Virus record (IMG/VR): IMGVR_UViG_3300047509_000139
Location: 1 to 61,500 of that record
DNA length: 61,500 bases
Source: a virus
Lineage: Duplodnaviria; Caudoviricetes
Reading direction: 5' to 3' (one strand)
Shown: piece by piece, positions 56,076 to 61,500 of the stretch
How positions within the stretch are numbered: position 1 is the stretch's first letter
How the letters are laid out: each line of letters starts with the position of its first letter
Program-made: the position numbers and the translations under genes
The notes under the pieces: model-generated
Told to the model about the DNA's origin: nothing
Databases searched by the model: none
The model's input: the letters and a program-made list of their open reading frames with translations, nothing else

Positions 56076-58427
56076 TTAGAGGCTGGGTACGCGGGCTGGA
56101 GCGGCGAGCTTCAGGTTGCGCAGGGCGCGCTGCATCATGTCGCTCACGGACCGGTCGTTGAGGCCGGCACCGAACGACGAGCCGCGCATGTCGAAGTAGT
56201 GGCCGGTAGGCTGCCTGTTGTCATCTCCGCCCATCGTCCCTATCACGTTGCGGAGGCCGGTAGCCAGGTCGGCAGGGAGGACCATTTCGTCCGGATGGAG
56301 CATGGTCAGTGTTTCTTTCTTGACGTCGAACCCACCCTGTGCGGCGGCCAGGCCGATCAACGGAGTAATCGCCGCCATCTCTGCTGCTGCTGCCGCGGCT
56401 CCGAGTGCTTCACCGATAAACGGAATGTCCGCGTACGCCGCCATCGCCTTTGCCGATGCTACGGCACCCTCACCGATAACCTGATTGGTGCGGAGCGCTA
56501 CGCCACTGGCTAGGCTTGCGGCGTCTGCTGCTTCCTGGGCAGTCTTTACGCCCATGATGTGAGCGACGATGGTAGTTAGGTACCGTGCAAAGCCAGCTTC
56601 TATGGGTGCAAGCATTTGCCCGAGTACGATGCGCAGCACGTCGGTCCCCAAGGTCTGAAACATCCCTTTAATTGCAGAAACGAACCCGGTCCAGTGAGTC
56701 AAGCTGTTGATCAGTCCGTTCTCTATGCCGACGAACGCCTTCTGGCCTTCCTTGTAGATCGTTTGAAAGAGGTCTAGGTGGCTGTTCTTGATACGCTGGT
56801 TGTCGGCGACTTGCTCGGCAACCAACTGCCCCATGTGGTCACCGATGTCATTGATTGTTTCCAGGGAAGTCTTGTCGGCATCAACCATTGCGGCGCTGAG
56901 TTCGTTCTCTACTACTATGGCGCGGCGCAAATCATCAGCGGCGGTACGCACCACCGGAGGTATGCTCGCCCATGCTTCGGCCATCTGATCAACGGCGTCG
57001 TTTACTTGCTTCGTCCAGAAGGCCGTCTGATCGAGGCCTGATTCGGCCATGGCTTTTATTACTGCTGATTGGGCAGAGGCAAGCAACTTCTCCTTTTCGA
57101 CGAGAACCGCGGCATCGACGGACATCTCCTTGAACGGAGTATGCTTCTTCAACTGCTCAAAGTCGTCCGCCACGTGGTTGATAGCGGTAGATACAGAATC
57201 TAGATGAGTCTTGGCCCCTGCAAACCCGTTGGTCATGTCGAGCGTCGTTTTGTTGACGACCTTGTCAACCATGTCGATGCTAGCCGCGATGGCTCCGCCG
57301 GTGCCGCCAACGAACATTTGAAGGAAGTTCTTCCACGACACCATCCCCTTGTCAACCCATCCGATGAACGTTGTAATCGAACCAGTGAGTTTGCTGAAGA
57401 AATCCACGACCGGAGTAAGAACCGGAACGGTTAACTTCCCAAGTTCTTCAAGGAAAAACTCAATCTGCTGCCACAGGTTCTTCCACGTACCGGCGCTCGA
57501 CGCGGCGATCTTTTCGGCGGTACCGTCGTATCGCTGCATAGCCTCGGTCAGTTTGTCCAGGCGGTCGCTTTCGTCGAGAGCCTTGAAAGCTTTGGACACT
57601 TCGTCGCTGGCCACACCCATGGCTTTCGCGAGGTCCTGCGTATTGATGCCAAGGGCCAACATCGTGCGCCCTGTAACCATGCCTGACACGGTTATGCGTT
57701 GTAGTGCTGTAGCGATGCCTTCGAACGGTCTGCCAGTAGCCGCCGCCGTTTCTGCTGCTCCGTGAAGCGCGGCCTGGATTTCCTCCGCTGTCACTCCTGT
57801 GCCTTGCAACTGTGCGGTCATCCGCTGAGTCTCGGATACCAGTTCTTCAAACGATGTAGCTGTTGCGAGCGACATGTCTTTCAAGCGTTCAATGGTCTCT
57901 TCCGCTTGTTGCGAACTACCAGTGAGCGCCGTTAAAGATATCGTAGCTTTTTGGACGGTCGCGAACAGTTCGCCCGCTTCCTTCGCCAATTCTGCTATTC
58001 CCATCGATAGCCCAGCGGCTGCGGATAGTTCCAAAACGAACTCCAAAAACTTGTGAAGTCCCTCGCCTCCTGCCTCGGCTTCCTCACCGACGTGTTTTGT
58101 TTCTTCGCTCAAGTTTTCAAGCGCTGGAGTAACTTCAGCAGCCGCACCAGCGATAGGCTCCAACTCGGTAGCAAACAGGTTCAACTGTCCAGTAGCATCG
58201 GCATAGGAAATCTGCATTGACTCGTCGAACAGATTCAGTTGCTCTGATGCAGCCTCAGCAGCCGTACCCACCGGAGCAAGCTGCGCTTCAATAGATGCCA
58301 GAGCTTCAGTGAGAGACATCCCCTGTGCTTCGAGTTCGGAGATGCTTGCACCGAGGTCCTTGAACCCAGAGTCGTCCAGTTGAGCCGACAGCGTCACCAC
58401 TAGGTCGGCAAGTGAAGTTTCTGCCAA
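56076..58427 (-). CDS. tail tape measure protein
   Basis: Ala-rich helical protein directly after the chaperone genes. Confidence 0.88.
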   Translation of the reverse strand: MAETSLADLVVTLSAQLDDSGFKDLGASISELEAQGMSLTEALASIEAQLAPVGTAAEAASEQLNLFDESMQISYADATGQLNLFATELEPIAGAAAEVTPALENLSEETKHVGEEAEAGGEGLHKFLEFVLELSAAAGLSMGIAELAKEAGELFATVQKATISLTALTGSSQQAEETIERLKDMSLATATSFEELVSETQRMTAQLQGTGVTAEEIQAALHGAAETAAATGRPFEGIATALQRITVSGMVTGRTMLALGINTQDLAKAMGVASDEVSKAFKALDESDRLDKLTEAMQRYDGTAEKIAASSAGTWKNLWQQIEFFLEELGKLTVPVLTPVVDFFSKLTGSITTFIGWVDKGMVSWKNFLQMFVGGTGGAIAASIDMVDKVVNKTTLDMTNGFAGAKTHLDSVSTAINHVADDFEQLKKHTPFKEMSVDAAVLVEKEKLLASAQSAVIKAMAESGLDQTAFWTKQVNDAVDQMAEAWASIPPVVRTAADDLRRAIVVENELSAAMVDADKTSLETINDIGDHMGQLVAEQVADNQRIKNSHLDLFQTIYKEGQKAFVGIENGLINSLTHWTGFVSAIKGMFQTLGTDVLRIVLGQMLAPIEAGFARYLTTIVAHIMGVKTAQEAADAASLASGVALRTNQVIGEGAVASAKAMAAYADIPFIGEALGAAAAAAEMAAITPLIGLAAAQGGFDVKKETLTMLHPDEMVLPADLATGLRNVIGTMGGDDNRQPTGHYFDMRGSSFGAGLNDRSVSDMMQRALRNLKLAAPARVPSL

Positions 58428-58434
58428 TTTGTTG

Positions 58435-58821
58435 TTACCTGTTGTACGGAGTTAGTCCTGCGACTACTTGCTGGAACTTTGCCTCGTCATCAACTTCTTC
58501 ACCGGAGTCTTGATCGTCGCCATCCCGTTCGCGGAGAAGCGGGAATAGTTTCCCTGCGTCGGGGAGTTCCTTAAAGTGATGCGAGGCCCAGATTATCAGA
58601 TAAGCACGGCGGTCTTCCACCCTCTGCTCAGCGTAATAGTCTGCGAGCAGCAAGTAAAATTTTCTGAGCGTGAGTCGCCCTATCTCCCGCTCGCTTAGGT
58701 GAAAGCGTCTACAGGCAATTCGATAGAGCGTTCCCCACCAGCGGTCCCGTTCGATTGAACTGCGGGCGCGGCTTCTGCTGGTGCCGTTGCTGCTTTCGGA
58801 AGCTGCGCCGCGGATTCCCCC
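58435..58821 (-). CDS. -1 frame extension of the tail assembly chaperone (gpT-like)
   Basis: -1 frame is open from the slippery site through WWGTLY...LTLRKFYLL to 58435. Confidence 0.7.
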   Translation of the reverse strand, partial: GGIRGAASESSNGTSRSRARSSIERDRWWGTLYRIACRRFHLSEREIGRLTLRKFYLLLADYYAEQRVEDRRAYLIIWASHHFKELPDAGKLFPLLRERDGDDQDSGEEVDDEAKFQQVVAGLTPYNR

Positions 58822-59240
58822 ATCTCTTCCCTCGTCGGGCTGTTGAGTGATTGCCCCTTGAGAAAACTAGTAAACACCGGAACGATGTCTTCCGGCTGAA
58901 GCAGCCGCCCGACCTGCGATATAGTCAGCGGCCAGTGCGGCTCTCCGCTCTTGTCATATTCATGCAGCGATGCCCATAAGAGAGCCCGCAGAGCCTTCAT
59001 GGAGACATGGCGGATCACTTCGAGAGGGTTGATGCGCGGATCTCCATTCGCGTTGAGGTCCTTTGCCGCGATTGCCTTCTCCCGCGCGGCCGTGACCACG
59101 TCGTACAGAGTGGCCACGGTGTCGAGAAAGAACTTGTCGGTGGCCTCTTCATAAGCAGTAAAACTGTTGAGGTTGAATACGAGTACGCGCTCTACGCCTC
59201 CGAGAGTGATCGGAACGCGCCTCTCTGCGATTGGGTTCAA
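58695..59240 (-). CDS. tail assembly chaperone (gpG-like)
   Basis: GGAGGAGG then TTG; ITLGGVERVLVFNLN; lies between tail tube and tape measure. Confidence 0.8.
   Translation of the reverse strand: MNPIAERRVPITLGGVERVLVFNLNSFTAYEEATDKFFLDTVATLYDVVTAAREKAIAAKDLNANGDPRINPLEVIRHVSMKALRALLWASLHEYDKSGEPHWPLTISQVGRLLQPEDIVPVFTSFLKGQSLNSPTREEMGESAAQLPKAATAPAEAAPAVQSNGTAGGERSIELPVDAFT
58815..58821 (-). other. programmed -1 frameshift site GGGGGAA
   Basis: ATG GGG GAA in the chaperone ORF. Confidence 0.7.
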
Positions 59241-59268
59241 AATTAGTCCTCCTCCTTGATACAATCTA

Positions 59269-59835
59269 ATGATGGCCAACACGGACCAAACAATCTCCGA
59301 ACGATTTTGGGCGCTCGTGGACAAAACGAACGGACCCGTTATCTATCCAAAGCTCGGCCGATGTTGGATTTGGTTTGGCAAGCGGGACACAAAGGGCTAT
59401 GGGAGCATCGCTCGATGGTTCGGCGCAAGAAACGCTCATCGCCTCGCTTGGTTTCTAACATACGGAGCACTACCAAAACCTTGCGCGCTCCACAAGTGCG
59501 ACAACCCGTCTTGCGTTCGTCCTTCTCATTTATTTCAAGGCACTAAACGCGACAACAATTTGGACATGTTCGCAAAAGGTCGAAACCGCTTGCATGGCTG
59601 GGCTCCAGAATCGAGAGCCAAAGTTTCCCAGTTCATGAAAGGAAATACGTTCAGGCTAGGAACGAAACTTTCGCAAGAGCACAAGGAAAGTATCCGTAAG
59701 GCGTCCCTGGGAAACACGTACTACTTGAAGCGAAAGACATTCAAGCGTACGACTGAAACCAAAGAAAAGATTCGCCTATCATGGATTGTACGACGGGCCA
59801 AGAGTAGCAATGGACTCGGCCACGCTTATTCCTAA
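59269..59835 (+). CDS. free-standing HNH homing endonuclease with NUMOD3-like tail
   Basis: RFWALV, CWIW.G, AHRLAW, LHKCDNPSCVRPSHLFQGT..DN. Confidence 0.92.
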   Translation: MMANTDQTISERFWALVDKTNGPVIYPKLGRCWIWFGKRDTKGYGSIARWFGARNAHRLAWFLTYGALPKPCALHKCDNPSCVRPSHLFQGTKRDNNLDMFAKGRNRLHGWAPESRAKVSQFMKGNTFRLGTKLSQEHKESIRKASLGNTYYLKRKTFKRTTETKEKIRLSWIVRRAKSSNGLGHAYS

Positions 59836-59837
59836 CT

Positions 59838-60518
59838 TTACGCGGCACCTACTGCATCAGTGATAGACATTTGGATTTTCGCGGCGAGCACATTGTCCAC
59901 GGGTGCCATAAACTCATGCTGGCCGACGTATCCCTTGAACGTCAGCGTACCGGCAGAGTTCGGGAAGATCATCTGCAAGCCCGTCAGGACCAGACCGACC
60001 ATCTGGTTCCACATACCAGTCGTGAACGACTGAGTGGCGTCGGCCTTGTTGAAGTTGACCTCGAAGCTGATGTCTCCGCCGTCGATCAGTACGGCCAGTT
60101 TGCGCCGCCAGAATCCCGGCGTGTCATGCGTCGTGATATCGACCACATGTGGCTTAACTGTAGGACCGGTGATCGACCGGACTTGTGTGATCGCGGCGTA
60201 CGTCGGAGGTGACGCTACGTCGCTCATGTTCAAACTGTTGTGTTGCGACCGGGATCGCTACTCCCGACCTTCTGCCGGTTTCCTCGGCAGCACAGACTAT
60301 ATCATCACCCTGTTTTAAAGGGCGTCTCGCGCTTCCAGCCGCTTGGCCGTACGTGCTCTCGCACTAGTCGTTGAACCTGCCCATTTCTGGGATTGGCTGC
60401 TGATTACCATGAGCATATGCTTTTAGGCTTCCCAGCAATTCACGAGATTATTCACTGACCGGTTACCCGGTCAGGCCACAGATTGGGCCATGGTGCCCTT
60501 CGCGGTTGTGATGGCCAT
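59838..60518 (-). CDS. tail tube (major tail) protein; exons 60518-60490 and 60234-59838
   Basis: Spliced N-terminus MAITTAKGTILNMSD; ITQVRSITGP, VDITTHD, DGGDISFEVNF; AAGGAG upstream. Confidence 0.85.
60235..60489 (-). ncRNA. group I intron without ORF
   Basis: P AATTGCTGGGAA, Q AATCAGCAG, R GTTCAACGACTAG, S GATGATATAGTC; exon ends in U pairing with GUGG guide; terminal G. Confidence 0.9.
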
Positions 60519-60553
60519 AAGACCTTTAACTCCTTTTTAGCGTTCGAACGGTG

Positions 60554-61231
60554 TTACAACAAACGTGTTTGCTCAGCGATATTCTCGAAATTCGGCAGCT
60601 GCTCCAGCATGATACCGACCGCGCGGAGGCACTTTTTGATGTCGTCCGCGGTTGCCTTCCCGGCATCCATCGCGACCTTCCACCGCTGAAGTATGGGAAT
60701 GGCTTCCGATGCCCGGTGAAGCCCGAGGCTCATCTCGATCAGCTTCGCGACGTAGACGCGGTGAACCGAGACGTCACCGGCGAAGTCTTTCTTCTTTGAC
60801 GTCACGCGGTAGTAGTAGAATATGCCGCGTGCCGCTTCCAGGGCTGGCTTTGAGATGACGTGCTGCTCAGGCTTGTTGCTACCGAACTCCAGCGGTGTTT
60901 CCAGCGTAGTTACCACCCTGGCTTCCTGGACGGATTCCTTTGGAAGCATAGCGAACGCGTCGAGCATGCGTTGGAGAAAGCCCGCGATCTGTGGAGCCGT
61001 CGCCGTGTTTGCGTGCATGCGCTCCTGCCAGTACCGAAGCTCTGGGCGAACGTTGGCGACGTGGAAGACGTTCGACATCCAGTCGATCACGATGGCAAGG
61101 CACTTCTCGGTCGCTTCCAGGTTTGGAATCCGGCCGGACGGCAGTTCCTCGATGGGCTTCGCTTCCAGCGTATAGTGCTTGAGAACCACGCGCGCTGCAT
61201 GGAGCGCGGCTGCTGATACGCGGTGAGCCAT
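60554..61231 (-). CDS. hypothetical protein with two similar halves
   Basis: RVSAAALHAARVV and VISKPALEAARGI internal repeat. Confidence 0.7.
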   Translation of the reverse strand: MAHRVSAAALHAARVVLKHYTLEAKPIEELPSGRIPNLEATEKCLAIVIDWMSNVFHVANVRPELRYWQERMHANTATAPQIAGFLQRMLDAFAMLPKESVQEARVVTTLETPLEFGSNKPEQHVISKPALEAARGIFYYYRVTSKKKDFAGDVSVHRVYVAKLIEMSLGLHRASEAIPILQRWKVAMDAGKATADDIKKCLRAVGIMLEQLPNFENIAEQTRLL

Positions 61232-61372
61232 TAGTTTGCTATTCTAAGATCTAGGGCGCGTAGGCTATTCGGGCGGCATCCCGAGGTACTCAGAAGATAG
61301 CTCTCATGCCGAGTAAGCAAATCTTTTGAGGGAGTCCGGAGATTTGAAAACCTCTGGGCATGGACGCGCCCT

Positions 61373-61500
61373 CTATTCTGCCTTGAACTGGTAATCCTTG
61401 AACTTCGCCGGTTCTTCTTCCGTCACGATTGCTTTGCCTTCGCCGTCTACCAGCGGAGAAACGCGCGTGATCTTCTTCGGAGCCTTGCCGTTCAGCGTAT
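61373..61500 (-). CDS. 3' end of a gene starting beyond the window
   Basis: Open frame ...SPLVDGEGKAIVTEEEPAKFKDYQFKAE-stop. Confidence 0.5.
   Translation of the reverse strand, partial: TLNGKAPKKITRVSPLVDGEGKAIVTEEEPAKFKDYQFKAE

Overview
Segment of a long-tailed (siphovirus-like) phage or prophage. A DUF3489 protein and the DnaB N-terminus suggest an Acidobacteria host, but this is inference only. Left part (1-29 kb, minus strand): accessory/early genes, a Ro60/TROVE-vWA gene directly downstream of three tandem Y-RNA-like RNAs, an AAA ATPase/DUF1257/DUF2997/radical SAM module, helicase, DNA methylase, DnaB and a DUF1376 initiator. Centre (29.2-32.9 kb, plus strand): 35 tRNA genes in two promoter-driven blocks. 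Right part: DNA-modification and recombination genes, then a tail module (fibre, tape measure, frameshifting chaperone, tail tube gene split by a group I intron). Best candidate for a new system: each tRNA block is preceded by its own short leader ORF built almost entirely from codons for the amino acids that block supplies, and the second leader ends on a terminator/antiterminator pair, i.e. a putative tRNA-depletion-sensing attenuator. Second candidate: three Ro-associated RNAs share one scaffold but carry a tRNA-like domain opened at three different positions. All calls were made by eye; no database searches or folding programs were run.
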